Source: Raillietiella orientalis
Lineage: Eukaryota
Direction of reading: 5' to 3'
Assembly: GCA_036172245.1 (NCBI GenBank)
Contig: JAYWIR010000057.1
Location: 124,001 to 188,000, forward strand
DNA: 64,000 nt
Shown: positions 45,401-59,300 of the stretch, in pieces
Layout: each line of letters begins with the position of its first letter
Position numbering within the stretch: the first letter of the stretch is position 1
Position numbers and translations under genes: made by a program
The notes under the pieces: model-generated
Database searches by the model: none
What the model was told of the DNA's origin: nothing
Seen by the model: only the letters and a program-made list of their open reading frames with translations

Positions 45401-46305
45401 GCTTTACCGATGCTCATACGTAGAGAAAGGGTCCACGAAAGACCGAAACTGTGTAGTCGGTGGCGGATCTGCGTGCAAAAAAAAAGTGCCCACTTCTTCA
45501 ACTGCATCCTTAAATTTAACGTGCCACTAAGCACTGCACGTCTGTAGCACTCCGTGAAGATTCCTACGTCATATGCCGATCAATGTACACCGCAGCGAAC
45601 AAACGTGACGTTCGAATAAAAATGAGTCCCAGCACGTCCTTCGGAAGATGAGTCTGCCGGTTTGATGCATTCGTCAGCCTGAAGCATTCAAGCCGTTCGC
45701 AATCCAGGCTCCAAGCCTCCAAAGTCTCTTGAAATTTTGTGGTCGCTGTTTAATTTCGTCACATGCGTGACGACTGCAGGGCTGCCTTGACAGCTTCACT
45801 TGTTATTGTAAAAATGCCGGCAGGAAGCTTCTTTGGGAAGACTTTCACCAGAGCACGTTTAGGAGGAATTATCCGCAGGGTACTACTTGATAAGGAGGAG
45901 CTACAAGAAGATCATACTCGAGACTAAAGGGGTTCCTTTCTATTCCTGAAGACCTTTGTTAGACATTTGCACGAAGCCAACCAAATGGTGACCTTTTTCG
46001 TGAGATTTCCAGAGAAGCATCTAGAAGGAGAATACCGCATTTCCTTATGGATTCTTTATGCGATCCTTACTGACTTTTTTTTTTTTTTTTTTCCAGTCAG
46101 CTCCCAAATAAAATTTTCTTTAATAATAATAATTCACGTTAACAGCCCGAAAGAAATCAGATTCAGTCGTCGTGAAATTAGTAACAGCGATGCCACTGCA
46201 TTCACAAGTATGACCACTAATGAGCAGCAGCGATGGTAACCGACCACCTTGCCGCTCGTTTTGGAACATTTTGAACTTCAGACCAACTTGAATTGCAACG
46301 AGAGA

Positions 46306-46376
46306 ATTCAATAAAATGGAGATTCAGCAGACTCAGTTGCTTTCACCTTCGTGGCAGCTTACCATCAGCTTGGCAT
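46306..46376 (+). repeat. 71-bp direct repeat, copy 1
   Basis: 69/71 identical to 47819-47889. Confidence 0.9.
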
Positions 46377-47818
46377 AGTACCACATCCATGGATTTGCTC
46401 TCCGTCGAGGAATAATCTGAGATACAGAATACTGTAGCATAATGAATAAAGGTAGACTATTGAAGTGTATGTAAGTGTTCTGCACAGCGACGTCAGCGCT
46501 GCTGGTTAGGGAGAGCTGCTCGAACACGACGTAAAATGTTCCGGAAGCACTTGCAAGCGATTGCACGTCTCAACGCCAGATGATGTGTGCACGTTTCTCA
46601 GCAACGCGTTCTTCGCTTCTGATGGCAAGAGATTGCTTCGTGATCGCTTCCTTAGTAATAGGAATGATGGGACGCTGCTGTCTCCTTTCGTTTCTATTTC
46701 AAGAACGCAAGCTCCTTCAAAGCAATTCTATAAGTCACAAACCAGCGATCCCCAGCTGGTGGACCGATGTGGACCTCTTTCGCGGGCCTCCGAATACGCC
46801 AGTATGCAAAGGACCAGGAAAGTCGCCATCTGCCCGCACGCTGTCTTCGCCTTCACACAAACGGGGAGTTCTTCGATCGCACTCAGCATCTCTCGGGGTT
46901 TCACATACAAATCTTTGGTAAGACGCCCTTGCATCATTAAGAAATGTGGATTACTAACATTTAACTGTACATTACGAAACAGAGTTGCTCCTTTATTGTT
47001 CTGCACATCGGTTCCATTAATTACGCATTTATCGTTACCTCCTGTAACAGTCCGTCTTGTTACAGTGATTTCGTCACAACTTTCCTACCCAAATGGGAAT
47101 CTTTTCTTGTTTCCATCAATGTGGCTTTGTAATGCCTGCCTGGCCATCTTCAAAAAATCTTGCAGACTAGTTGGTCGAACCTGACTCGAGTTATTCCAAG
47201 AAGGAGACAAATGGCATCTAAAATATTTGGATTTCCCTTCAAACAGTAATTGCGTTGAAATGAAGGTCAAGGCCACTGATCCTTGTTCTCCGTGAGACCG
47301 TGAGATTTGGATCCATCAATTACCATAGATTTTACGTACACGATTTTGCTTCGAAGGATACATTTTAGATCAGTTAGGAACTTCACAACTCTTAATTCAT
47401 CTTCATTACAAGGAAACGTCTTTCCGATTGGACGGATAAATAAAAAAATGTCAAGTACAGTAAGTTGTCCATGATAACATCAAGTTCATATTTCGTTTCC
47501 TGATCGCGATCTTGTCCATCTGAAAATCACCTCCTCCTCAGAAAAGACCCTCTTCGCCGCATTCTTTTAAACGAAATTTTTAATTATCAAACTACACAAA
47601 ATAATGCGAAAAGTTGCACATTTCAAATGGCACTCCACTCCACTGCATACGGTCTTTGCCGACAGGTCAGGCATGAGCCATGGACCAGTCGCAACCGACG
47701 TCTTTTGGCGAGAGCATGCTTCGATGTTGAGGACGGTTCAAGTATTGAGCCCCCTTGAGCAAACGAAACTCCGAGTGGACTTCTGGAAGACGCTGACGCT
47801 GTCGCCTGAAATGAGAGC

Positions 47819-47889
47819 ATTCAATAAAATGGAGATTCAGCAGACTCAGTTGCTTTCACCTTCGTGTCAGCTTCCCATCAGCTTGGCAT
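47819..47889 (+). repeat. 71-bp direct repeat, copy 2
   Basis: 69/71 identical to 46306-46376. Confidence 0.9.
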
Positions 47890-49139
47890 GGGACTCCTCA
47901 TGAAAAGAGAGGTCATTTCCTACGACTGCGCGTATATCGGGAAGCCTGTCGCCACCTTGCACAGGAAACTGGATTCTCTTCCTTCGTCTTGCCTCCGCAC
48001 CTGCTGACGGCGCTGCAGTCTTCCAGATTGGACTTGAATCCGTTGCTGAAAGGGGAAATCTTCCCAGCAGCTCAGGCTGCACAGTGATCGGCGTGCGAGT
48101 TTCATCGGTGATGAGCCGCAAGTACCGAGATCTCACGAGTCGTGCCTTATGATGTCTCAAGGCACTCGATCGACGTCGTAATTACTCGGACAATCTCCTG
48201 CCTCGTATCTTCCAAAACACTTTACAGCTGACAGTTCGTCACAAGCTGTTTCGAGTCTTCGAGGGACCTTTGAACTCGGAAATTCGCTCGAGGATGCGCC
48301 TGGAGCACCTGGATGTCTCTCAAAGAGGTCTCCTCTACCCTTCATGTGGAGGTGGATAAAGCAGTTTTGAAAAGGACATCGGGTAACGGACAAAGCAGGA
48401 AAGGACATCGTCTGTTGCGTCGAGCGCCGCGGGTTGCCTCAGAATCCTTTCAACGCCCGCAGCGCCGACGACCAACTATGAAATTTCAGTGATTCAGGAT
48501 GCTTTCAGGTGGGGCCCATGGAGCGTTTGGACTGTTGATTTGATACTTTGGACTTTTCCGTGATGAAGCGGTAACGGATGATTACCTCGAATTAGTCGTC
48601 CATGTTAGCCAGCTGGAGACTGCCGTCTCGTGCATTTGCTCTCTAATCCAGTTTTCACAGTGGTCATTCCTTTTTCCTGTCGATCAGTTCCTATTCTTAT
48701 GTTTAAACTGGCACTGAATTCCTTGTATCGATTTTCAGAAAACACGTAATACACTTTCATGTACACTAGACACTTTGCTTCACGTAATGGTACCACGAAA
48801 CTTTGCAACGCCCCCTACTAAATGGCCAACAGGCTGCTATCTGCAACCCGATGGGCTCTTCTTTGGTAAGGTGTGTGATTTCAGCTCCAGCTTTTGCAGC
48901 AGCTAGCTCGCTGGTACCTTTCAAGATCAAAAATTGCTTGCGATCGCCATCAACGGGCGTTTTACCAGAGGATACCCCTAACCATAATACCAGCCTATCA
49001 GTAGCCGCTAATTTTCTCTGGAGCTTCCTTGGATGTTGCTCGCCAACGTGCTTGTTGAGGGGAATCATGAATTTCGAGTTCCTTCAGTTTACGGGAACAG
49101 GATGCTCTGCTTACTCATCCACTCATCCGTTTCCCTGCC

Positions 49140-49910
49140 GTGAATGAGGAAGAAATTCTCCCAGTGTCTGTGGACAGCTCCACGCTTTCCCTGAATTGGT
49201 AGGACTCGGCATTGCAGTTGTTGCAATGGACGATCCCATGCAACGAGCGAGTCCACCACTGGGCAGGGGGGAGTGCGGACCCAGGCTGTGCCAGTTGCGG
49301 GGGGCGGGAAACCTTCCTGCGCCTGTTGTTAGATCGTGTTGCCCTCCTGAGTGTCCGGGAACGCTTCGCTGCGGCTCTCCCACTCCCGATGGACAACGGC
49401 AGAAAGGTCTTGCGGTTCCTCTTCGCGGGCGACTCGATGTCTCCTGCAGCTCCCCTTGCAGCTGCTTGCTGCCTCGTGGGATCGTGGCAGAGAGAAGTCG
49501 TGCCGGAAGAGTCCAGTCGGACGGTGAGGTCATCCCGATCGTCTGCTCCTTCGTGAGGAAGGCGACAAGATGGTGGCCACATCTCTGCGAGCAGAAGGAG
49601 GAGGTTGCCCACATCCTCCAGAGGATGTTGAGGACACCAGGAACAAATTTGTGATTTCTTCTCTTTCCTCCCCACATATTTTTTAAACTGAACTTTTGTG
49701 TTTTTTTGTTTTTGTTCACCCCCCTCTCCTCCTCACTTCTCCTGTACGATCTTCAACGGGAGGGCGGGCGCTCACGAGAAGCAGTGCCTCCGAGGCATTT
49801 TCCTTCGTAATGGTGCTGTTAAATCACCACGAAGAAAGACATTCTGACTGTTTTTTTTTGTAAAAATTATTTTTTTTTTTTTTTACAAAAAACGCCCCGG
49901 AGTGAGTGGT
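49140..49910 (+). mobile_element. Tx1-like ORF2 C-terminus (zf-RVT) plus 3' UTR
   Basis: WTIPCNERVHHWAGGSADPGCASCGGRETFLRLLLD aligns with the zinc-finger region at ~7000-7120; RWWPHL tail; its 3' part is an inverted homologue of 53130-53560. Confidence 0.8.
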
Positions 49911-49989
49911 TGGAAATGGCTCTCCCGTGGATTCAACTTGGTATTCAGTTAGGAACGGCTCAGCAAACCATCTCTGCCAGGACACAAAA

Positions 49990-50600
49990 GAGGTTGTCCG
50001 AGTGCTCCTCTCATGGCAGTTTTAGCTCTCTGTTGTGCTCGGTCTTTGGCTCCGGAAGGTCAAGTTCTCTGCAGAATGGAAGCGTGGAGCCTGGCCAGGT
50101 TTGTCTTGACTGCTGGAATTTCCCTAAGTGGTCTGACAGTATATTCCGGCCCTTTCTTGATCTTAAGAACAGGTGTGGATTCAACCTGCAGTTCCTCGTC
50201 GCGATCCAGGTCTTTATCGTCAAAGATCTTGCAATCCTAATGCAGCTTTTCACGGAGACCATTCTTGTGCATTTTTTCCGCTTCTTGTGCATCGTGATGG
50301 TCGCGAGAAATTTCTTGTAAGCGATCGTTCCAGGAATGTCCCCTTCAATAAAGAGGACGCCTTTTAATCTCCTTATCTCACGTCCTGAGCGGCGCTGCTC
50401 TGAACGTCACACTTGGGTTTCGGCGAAATGGCTGCAGGATGTTCTTCTGTTTGGTCATCGGAGCAGCTGATTCTCAACGATATTTCCATTGAAAGCAGGA
50501 TTATTCGGGAAGGTCAGGGACAGTAATGGGTGGTCTCACGAACAGAATCCTTTTGTCTACTAAGCTGGGTTTAAGCTGTTTCTCAAGATCAAAAGACCAT
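49990..50600 (-). mobile_element. Possible DNA-transposon (Sola-like) transposase remnant
   Basis: Frameshifted SCS...QKNIL (~50435-50468) and RGHSWNDR (~50320-50345) resemble the SDxCxGQNKN and GHS...DR motifs. Confidence 0.25.
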
Positions 50601-52619
50601 TGACCACTTGCCTATGAAGATGGGATCCTACTTGCGGTTGTTTGTTTTTGGAGGAGCCGTGTCTGGATTATGGCTCTCGGAAAACAAATCTATCCACGAA
50701 AACAATTGTGCCTAAGAGTCCTTCTCAAGATGTACGGGGTATAAAAAAAAGCTAAGGGATGTTCCCGGAAACCGGAAAGTCACCTTACGCGCTGGAAGAA
50801 TGATGTGGCATTTTTTTTATTCCCTTTTTCATTTGGAAAGTTCTGTTCCCATTTCGGGTCCTCCATCCTCAAGTGAGGACAGGTTTTTACATCTGAGTGC
50901 TTTCCAGGAAAGCTAACAAACCGAAAACGCTTATCCTCTTTGGTGATCCTGGTTTGAAGTGCGTCCCCAGAACTGCGGCAGGTTCCCCGTTTGTCGAGGA
51001 GATTCGAAAAAACGCAATGGACGAATAGAAAGGCAGCGGGTCATTTCTGGGTGATTGCATTGATTTGCTCTTGCCTAAAGCAAGACGTCAAGAAACAAAG
51101 AGAATGTGTGTGTGTGTTTTTAAAAAAATAGATGTAAATTAATCGATATACATCTAAATACGAGTTTTTGAACATAAAAATTCACCCATCGTTCTCAGAT
51201 TTTTATAAATGTGTGCTCGGATTCAATATGCCTTTCTGGATTGGATCCTTCTGTTTCATTATTCGAACGAGGACTTTTAGAACGCCACCAATAGAGATTC
51301 TTCAGCTAGCCGCAAAGAGAAAGAATTGCAGGCATTTGAAACGAATCCCAAAATGAAACTTGGTCACGCCTGCGCCAGTGTCATTGCTTGGTTCAGCGTT
51401 CAGGGATTCCGGAATTGTCGGGATTTCTTTCGCCTTCGCGAGATCATAACGCGCTGCTTCTTGCAAATATCGTTCCCGTACGCCCTCCTCCCCTAAGGGT
51501 CCTCACGCGCCGCTTCCCTGTTGGAAAAATTCCTTTTTTCGGCTTCCTATCGGATCCGAGGGAGAGATTACGCACAGGGAGATTTTTCGGATCATCATCT
51601 CCTTTTGATTAACGAGTCAACAGGAATCCCGAGTACCAGCCTTTGTAGGGAGCGGGGCGTAATTGAAATTCCACACACGCAAAAACACATCATTTTCATT
51701 CATGCATCGAACATGTGCTCAGCCAACGTACCTTAAAAGAAGAAACGGACGATGTGAATGCATCTTACAAACGCGAGCGCACCTCATGTCCACCACCAGA
51801 GCGCAAGTGAAGGCGTCGATGCATCGGTCGATACGCCACGAGGGTGCAGAACCGGCTTGCATACATACATGTACAGGATGGAAGGCGCTCATGTTTCTTG
51901 TTCTTACTTTGCATCTGCTTTCGGTTGTTTTCTTTCGCTTAAGACATGCTCCAGAATACGAGTAGCACCTCACTGGTCCGACCCACGAGTCCAGCGCCAC
52001 GGAACACCACGAACGCACGTTCGTGGTGTTCCGTTATGGCCCAAGCCTTGGAGCTTCATGCCTGGGTCTCTCGGAAAATATCCGGGGAAAACATCCGAGC
52101 CCTGAGACAATCTCTCTGCCTGTTTGACTCTCTCTCTCTGTCATCTCGTCTCTTTTTTTATTTTTATTCTTTTAGCTTTCTCAAGGCACACAAACGTTCC
52201 AAGGAGATCGCACACTGTTCGGATGCCGAACGAATCCAGAGTCTTTCCTTGAAACGTGTAGCTGCAGCACGCATCGACACACGCGTCACACAGCAAATCA
52301 CGCAACTCAGAGCGGAATCATCTCAGCTGATTAGCAAGTTTCTGATCTGGAATCGCTGATCTGGAAATCATTATACGAAGTCCTGGAAATCGTCGAAGGG
52401 GCATTTGCATCATGATCTTCCAGTCATCATAACACGATAGTGAGAAGAAGGAAATGGGACCGTCGATCTCGGCACACACGGATTTGTTAACGAGACGCCT
52501 GCAGATGCTTGAGGTGCAGTGGATGGCACCGTATGATCCCGCACGCGGGTGCAAGTACTCAGGAACCGTTCGTCTGGCGACTCACGAAGCTCTTTCGCAC
52601 TGTCCCGCGGCACCCGGGG

Positions 52620-53115
52620 GTGCGTGGAAATGGAGGATGCCCCGGGAGGGGAGCCTCCTATGGATCCAGGAAGAACTCCTGAGGAAGGAGTCCGTTCCTC
52701 TCACGCTTGAGAGGAGACCTCGAAGGGAACCCTCGCCCTGGTTGCCTCCGGAGGACCCCCTGGAGAGGATCTCTTATCGCTTTTTCTCTGGAGCGACCCC
52801 CAAGAAAGGATGTGTTCCTGTTTTTTTTCTCCGAAGAGAACCCGGAAGGAACTCTTCCCAATTTCTGTGAAGGGAGCTTCCCGAAGGGAGCAGCGCGCCT
52901 CTTGCATTCTGGAGAAGCAGCCCCCCGAGGGGGTATCAACCAGCTCCATGGGTACGGCTCCATCTTCGCAACTGGAAGAACTTTCTGGAAGGACTGCGGA
53001 GAATCGGTTTTCCAATACCGGCCACTCATCGGTGGCATCCAGTTTCCAGTTTCTATCAGTGCCGGACCCGAGACCTTCAGGCCAGCCGCCGTCATCTTGC
53101 TGGGGCACTCGAAAG
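52620..53115 (-). mobile_element. Tx1-like ORF2 C-terminal fragment
   Basis: RYWKTD...LPV...GAASPECKRRAA matches RWKQD...GLASPNCAKYGA; nucleotide-similar to 60540-61040 and 56100-56350. Confidence 0.65.
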
Positions 53116-53129
53116 CCACTATGTCGCCA

Positions 53130-53665
53130 TTCTCTGGAGTCGATCCTTCATTTCACTCGGTCATGCCGGGGAGTTTCTTGGGGAAAAAAATATTTACAAA
53201 TAAAAAGTTATAAAATAGATAAAAAAAAAGTGTCATCTTCTCAGTGGCTTCACATCACCACTACGAAGGGAAATGCCCCGGGGGCGCTGCTTCTCGTGAG
53301 CACCTCCCGATGAGACCCGCACAGAAGTTGGGGTTGGAGAAGACACTGATTTCTTCCTGGTGTCCTTAACATCCTCTGGAGGATAGTGGCAACCTCCTCC
53401 TGCTGGCAGAGATGTGGCCACCATCTTGTCGCCCTCCTCAGGAAGGTGCAGACGATTGGGATGACCTCGCTGTTCGAATGGACTCTTTCGGTGCGGCTTT
53501 TCTCTGCCACGATCCCAGCGAGGACAGCACAGGACTGCAAGGGACGCTGCAGGAGACATCGAGTTGCTGGTTCCAATAACCGTCGATCCTTTACGGGTAT
53601 TCGAATCCACAACTCCTGGATGTTCCCCTGGGTGGCGGAGACCGCAGCCACACGGAGTCCACACG
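53130..53665 (-). mobile_element. Tx1-like 3' end fragment
   Basis: EVIPIVCTFLRRATRWWPHLCQQEEVATILQRMLRTPG is nearly identical to the 49.5-kb copy; 3' UTR shared. Confidence 0.8.
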
Positions 53666-54129
53666 GATGCAATAAGTTTAATACCATTACGTGTTTATTT
53701 GTTTTTTTTGCAGACACGAAGTGTTCGTTTCTAACATACTGATATAGAAGCGAAATGGTGTCCACTCTGCAGTAGGGACATCATACATGAAAGTGGATAT
53801 CGAACCACCACGAGGGCGAATGCCTTTTGACTGCGCCAGCTGCAAATAACACAGTCGAAGTGATTCCGTACGCTGGGACGTACGCTCCTTCGCGCTGTTG
53901 TATGAAGATCATTTCGTACAGATGTGTCGCAGGTTTTTTTTTCGTACGATCGATGTGTACACACGAAGGAACCGTTCCATACCACTTCTAATGCAAGAAG
54001 CAGAGTTGTGCAGAAGGAAAATTGTGCAAGGCGTGGGGTGGGTCATATGTCGATGCGCTTGTGGCTTGTTGCACGCACGCGTGGATTCAGGGATGTCCGT
54101 CTTCGTAGCCGGCAGCTATACCGCACTAA

Positions 54130-56350
54130 ACCATCAGTGAGAGCGTGGCAGGTGGCACCAAACAGCCCTCCGAGAGATGCTAGCTCGGCGTCTCGCGTTC
54201 TGTGGGATTTGCGCGGATCCGCGGCACCCCCTGCTCTTTTGCTTTCCGGAGGACCGCCGGCGTTCGGGAATCCAATGCAACAAAACGATGAGTGCGGTGG
54301 CACCCCTGCAGCAGCTCCGTGGAAACGCCCAGGAGTGGAAGCAAATTTTCCAGGAGCTACCGAGAGAAATTCCCCATCAACGACGCATGTCTTTTTTTCT
54401 TTTCTCTTTCCGAGATTCGAAGCTTCGACGGTGGCTGCGGACATCCTCGAAGATCGAGAAGTCGTTGCTTCTTTCAAGGCAAAGGCTGGTTTTGGTAATG
54501 TGGTGTGGAGAGAGGCTCTGAAGACGAGCTCTGAGGTCGGAAGATGCTCCATCCTTTAGGTTCTCGAGTTCCAGGAAGGCCGAGTTATCGTCGCCCTGGT
54601 GGGCGTTTGCAGAAGAAGGAAGGGGGCAGATGTTTTCGCATCCGTCTGGCCAAAACAAGCAGCTGAGTCGTGCAGCTCAAACAGGGCAGCAGCAACCAGG
54701 GAGGGCCCTGCACATCCCCCAAAGCTCAAAGTCGCTTTGGAGCGTCTTTCACGCGCGGTTGGTTCTTCCATGCGGAAAGAGGAAACTCTTAAAGGTCCAA
54801 TCAACTGAAAGAGGGGGTTCTGTTTGTGGAGAGGAACACTCTCGGCAGCTAATGATATCAAAAACGCTCTTTGATTCCCGAGCGGGACTTGAGGAGTTCA
54901 GCTCCCGCAGACCTTGGGCCGCGGTTCCCGGTGGCGCTCCTCCGCGAAACTCTACTCTCTGCGTGCAGGAACAGCACGGCGGGTTCGAACCCGAAGTGCG
55001 TGTGGCTCATTGTCTGCCGCCTGGAATCGCTGTGTACCGGGTCTCTGGGATTCGCGCCTTCCCGCGCGCTTCTCTGCCGTTCGAAGTCCCCTTCGGAAGC
55101 GGCGGGGTCATCCTTACTTCCCCTGTCAGCGGGAGAAATTTATTCCCGGAACAGTTGTAAAGCAGTGCCGCGCCGTCAGCGAGTGGGGACACTTTCGAGT
55201 GATGGTCCCCACTGAGAATCCGGGCGGCCTCGCTCCCGCGAGGGGACGACGGCGGCGTACCGGAAAACAGGAACGAGTAAAAAGGGGAGAGGGACGGTCG
55301 GTGCAGGAAGACACCGATTCTCAGTTCCTCCTCCCCCCTTCTCCCGAGGCAAATCCCCTAACAAAAGGAAGGAACCGACGTAGCCGTGCCCGCGCGAATT
55401 GTTCGCAAGGAACAAACGCGGTCCACGTCCGGGAGAATCCTCGAAGGGAATCGGTAAACTGTACAGGATGTTCTTTCGAACTTCTTCAGAAGCTCCATGT
55501 AAAGCAGTCGACCCGACGGCGTTTCCCCACGCGTCGGTGCGTCAGGCTGAGCTCGCGGGGCAGGGGGGGATGGCAGGGGAAAAGAGCGCTTTCCTCTTCT
55601 TTTGGTCCGATCGCATCCAGACGGCGTGCCTATCTCTTCCTGTAGGCTGATTTTCTGGAGGGTAATCCGCGGCGGCTCCGCTTCCGTTTCCTCGGCTCCG
55701 AAGGATTTTCGTCTCTTCCGAGGGAGCACCTCCTCTCGCGGACGGAGAGACCTTGAGCTCTCCCAACACCGGAGAGCTTTGTCTTTTCGTGAGCGGCTCC
55801 TGGGTCACCTCCCGGGAAGGAGAAAACCTCAACGTCATCCGCAGATCCCTTGAAAGGTGCCCGACCGAAGAGCAAGAGAGGGAGAGAAAAAATACTGGAT
55901 CTGTTCTCGCGTGCGAATTCATAGGGGCCTGGGTACAATTCACTCAGTCGCGGAAGGTGGCCCTGTCGTGTGGGCCACGCCACTTTGCGTGCGAAGATTC
56001 GACAAGTCTGGAAAGTTCCATCGTCTTCTGCCTTTCAGATCGACCCGGCGTTCCTTTCAGTCTGCCGCAGCAACTCTACAAGTTATAAGAGACCCCGGAG
56101 GGACCACCTAATGAATCCAGGAAGGCTCCGGAGGAAGAAATCCGTTCCTCATATGCTCGGAGGAGAATCCAAAGGCTTCCAAATAAAGGATCTTCCGGAG
56201 GGGGCCACACATCGTTTCTCCTTCGAAGATCCTCTCCCGAATTTCTTTTCCGGAGAGCATGCGCAACGGAGCTGCTCCTTGCTTCCTCCTCTGAAGAGAA
56301 CCCTAAAAGTTCTCTGGAGGGTCACTCCTCGAAGGGAGCAAAAGGCTTCT
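54130..56350 (-). mobile_element. Decayed Tx1-like APE/linker region preceded by a C-terminal fragment
   Basis: APE-like ELYPGP / QAP...VFFLSL and PGGDP at ~55800-55945; 56100-56350 is homologous to the ORF2 tail at 60540-60760. Confidence 0.45.
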
Positions 56351-56368
56351 TCACACTCTGGATTGATA

Positions 56369-59300
56369 TCCGGTTACTCTGGCGTTTATTTATATAAAAT
56401 AAACAAACAGGTCTGTGACAGGTCGACGCTTGGTCCTGCCACATTACAAAAGTAACCATGGGAACTTGCCGAGAACCGGCACGCAGGCCATCGACGTTCG
56501 ACTGGAAGCAGAGGGGGAGAGGGGCAAATAAAAGGAAAAACAAAAACAAAGAAATATATGGGAACAGTTGGGAGGGTTCGGAAGGGTTCATAGATAGCTG
56601 GAGGGGGCCCTCTGCATCCGTGCAAGGATGCCGGCAAGTTCCTGTTTCAGGATTTCCAGATAGGGCCGTCTTGACGCCATCCTCTAGAAGAGGACCGCAA
56701 AAGAGATGGCGTTGCTATCGTCCTTGCCTCCTTTTGCGTTGCTCCATGCAGCCACGATCCCTCGTAGGCAGCAAAGTGCTGCAAGGGATATTGCAGAAAG
56801 AGACGCTTCAAAACGTCTCTGGGATTGCCCTCAGGGAAGCGAAAAAGCGTTCCCATAGGACGGAGGGCAGCACAATCCATGAGCAGGTGCAGGAAGGAGG
56901 CATCAATCCACCAACTCCATCCTCCAACATCCATCCTCCACTCCACTCTTCCTGCAAGGCTCCATTACCACAACCGGAGAGGAACTCCGAAGGGAAACTA
57001 CTCCTTGATTCCTGGAAGGACCCCGGAGGGTGCAATTCCATTCCCGGCCAGCCAACGTGGTCATCCTCTTTCCACCGGTACCGTTCCCGAAGCTCGTGGA
57101 CCAGCCAGCGTCGTCCTGCAGGGAGGACTCGGAACCCACGGCGCACCCACTTTGGCGTCGATACTTCCCAGGGTGGGATTCGAATCCGCAGTGCCGCGCG
57201 CGGAGACCGCAGTCTCAAGGCCGCCAGCGCAGGCGTTACTTGCAATGGAACTTGGGGGGCTATTCTTCCCTTTTTCCTCGCCCTCCCGTGCCAGTCCCTG
57301 ATCGCTCGAAGCATCTCGTACTGTGTCCCTGTGTCCCGACAGTCGCCTTGGTTTCCTAGAAGCAAACGCGAGACTGCAGGTCAGCCCTTCGCTGAAGCAA
57401 GCGATGCTCCGCGGCTTCCGTTCCGATGCGGGATCGCGAGAGCATGAGACCCGAGTCGGGGTGGCGGGAAGAACGGAGCGGCGCCGCTACCCAAGTTCTG
57501 GCAGCGTTCCCCCCCTCAAGAAGAGGGAGGGCGGCTGCATCCCTCCGAGAGGGCGGGCGAAACCACCTCGAGCTCTGTCGAATCGCCCATGGGGCACCGA
57601 GAGGGCTCTGCGGTACCGCCCTCGTGAGGCGCGCTCCGATGTCTGGCACTCCCTTACCGTCTGATGATTTCGCCTCAGGGAAGGAAAGGCAGAAGAAGGT
57701 TGAAAACACGGGAAGGAGGTTCCGGCGTGGCCCCGTGAGGCTGACGCGGTCTTCCTGCTTTTTTCCCACAGAACCCTCCAGACGTGGGCGGCGGCCGCAT
57801 ACTCTGCAGAGCGACGCCTGGAGGACGCTCCCTGGAGGCCGTTGGGTAACGGAGGACCCTCCCTTCAGAAGGTGGGGAGCTGCAGAGTGGAGGATTCGAG
57901 GGCCGCAACCTCACGCGGCCGCTTGGGCCTCGTGGGCATCGTTGAGAGCTACACTCTTCCCTGGTCAGCTATGGGCGGCTCGGTGTCAGGTCTGTTACAG
58001 AGGGCTCCACAGTCTCCCGGACAGCTTGGGGTTGGTCAAGCTCTCTGGTCCTTTCCCGGAGGAAACGTCCTCTGAAGGCAGTTGCCGAGGGCCAGCGGGA
58101 GCGCCCACCGAAGGGCGTTGAGGACCTGCTACCGGGGGCGGCTCAACTCGCAGCCTATCGGGATCTCCGCGTGGCGGAGCTGCAGGCAGTGCGTCGGCGA
58201 CCTCCGGACCGAGTTCGGTGGCAGGGCCTCCTCCCGGTAGGCGCGTCTCTGGCACTGCCCGCCTCTTCCGAACGGGAGCACCGGGGAAAAGCCCTGACAG
58301 CTCCCACCCTGCGGTGCCCGAGAGGCTTTCCCGGCGGCCTCCCTGACTCGGTTCCCGTCCGCCCCTCCGCCCGCTCTTGGCGAGAAGGACGTGCTCTCTT
58401 GGCTGCCGCGTCGAGTGCCCGCGGGCCTCCGCGCGCATTGTCGGCGGGCAGGTCCAGCGCGATTCCTCCGGACGAGCGACTCCTTTGAAGGACGGTCCCA
58501 GGGAGGCGGCTCCCACGGGCGTCTCCTCCGGCCCAGCTGCCCGGAGGAGCGGCTGCTTATCTTAAACACCCATCGCCCCCTGTGCGGTTTCCTCGTCCGC
58601 TGCGAGTGGCGGATCGTCCTCAAAAGGGGACGTCATCGCGCTTTCCACCACTCCTCCCTCTCGGCCACCCTCCGGCGAAACCGCTCCCATGGTGGCGCAA
58701 CCATGCTTGCAAGGGAAATCCTTGACCTTTGTTCCTTCCGTAATCCCCTGCAGATCCGAGCGGTGACGCGCCACCGGCGATCGCGCCGCTGCGGTCACAT
58801 CTGCCCTCGTGTGGGTCGAGGCGCTCCCTCCGGGTGAATTTCGGACCCTCCCGGGATCGTTCGGCCCCGCCGCCGATCGCCAGTGGCGATGCCCTCTGGC
58901 GTTTCGTGGGACGACCCAGGCTTTTCATCCTTGACCTCGGAAGAACGAGCATCCGTAAGGAGCGAGAGCTCAGTGCTCTAGCAGAGGAAAGGAAAAGCCT
59001 CGGATGCGGGAGGCTGAATAGACCGCCGCACGCGCGGGTGATCTTTAGCTGACCTCCGACCTGGGATGGCCATCTCTGTCCATCATGCAATGTCGGCGCT
59101 TCTCCTTGTGAGCGATAAAGGCCACAACAGAGCGGAAGAACGTGCCCTCCTGTGCCCTAGACTTCGTAAGAGGGTTCGCCTGTCGGTACCTGAGAGCCGC
59201 CCGTTCCATGCGGAGAAGAGACCTCATCCCGGTCCACCTTCCTAGTCTGCTCCGCCTCAGGACAAGAGGATGAGGGTGGAGCGTTTTCGAAGAGGATGCG

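Larger units (their letters stand above)
45250..49070 (-). pseudogene. Decayed multi-exon extracellular-protein locus (C-type lectin-, PAN/apple- and Sushi-like fragments)
   Basis: SIGKANWGKRRVC (~45380-45420), FCISDY...VVLCQADG|gtaagc (~46363-46430), RFVCETP (~46890-46910), LVHGSC (~47670-47690), FERHPG...ETAC...KCFGRY (48190-48325), VLWLG (~48980). Some fragments end at splice-like sites; stops and frameshifts throughout. Confidence 0.3.

Noticed and set aside
52701..53108. LENRFSA read as a LINE ORF1 C-terminal motif
   Set aside because: Another frame aligns better with the ORF2 zinc-finger region (WKTD...ASPEC), as do the homologous copies.
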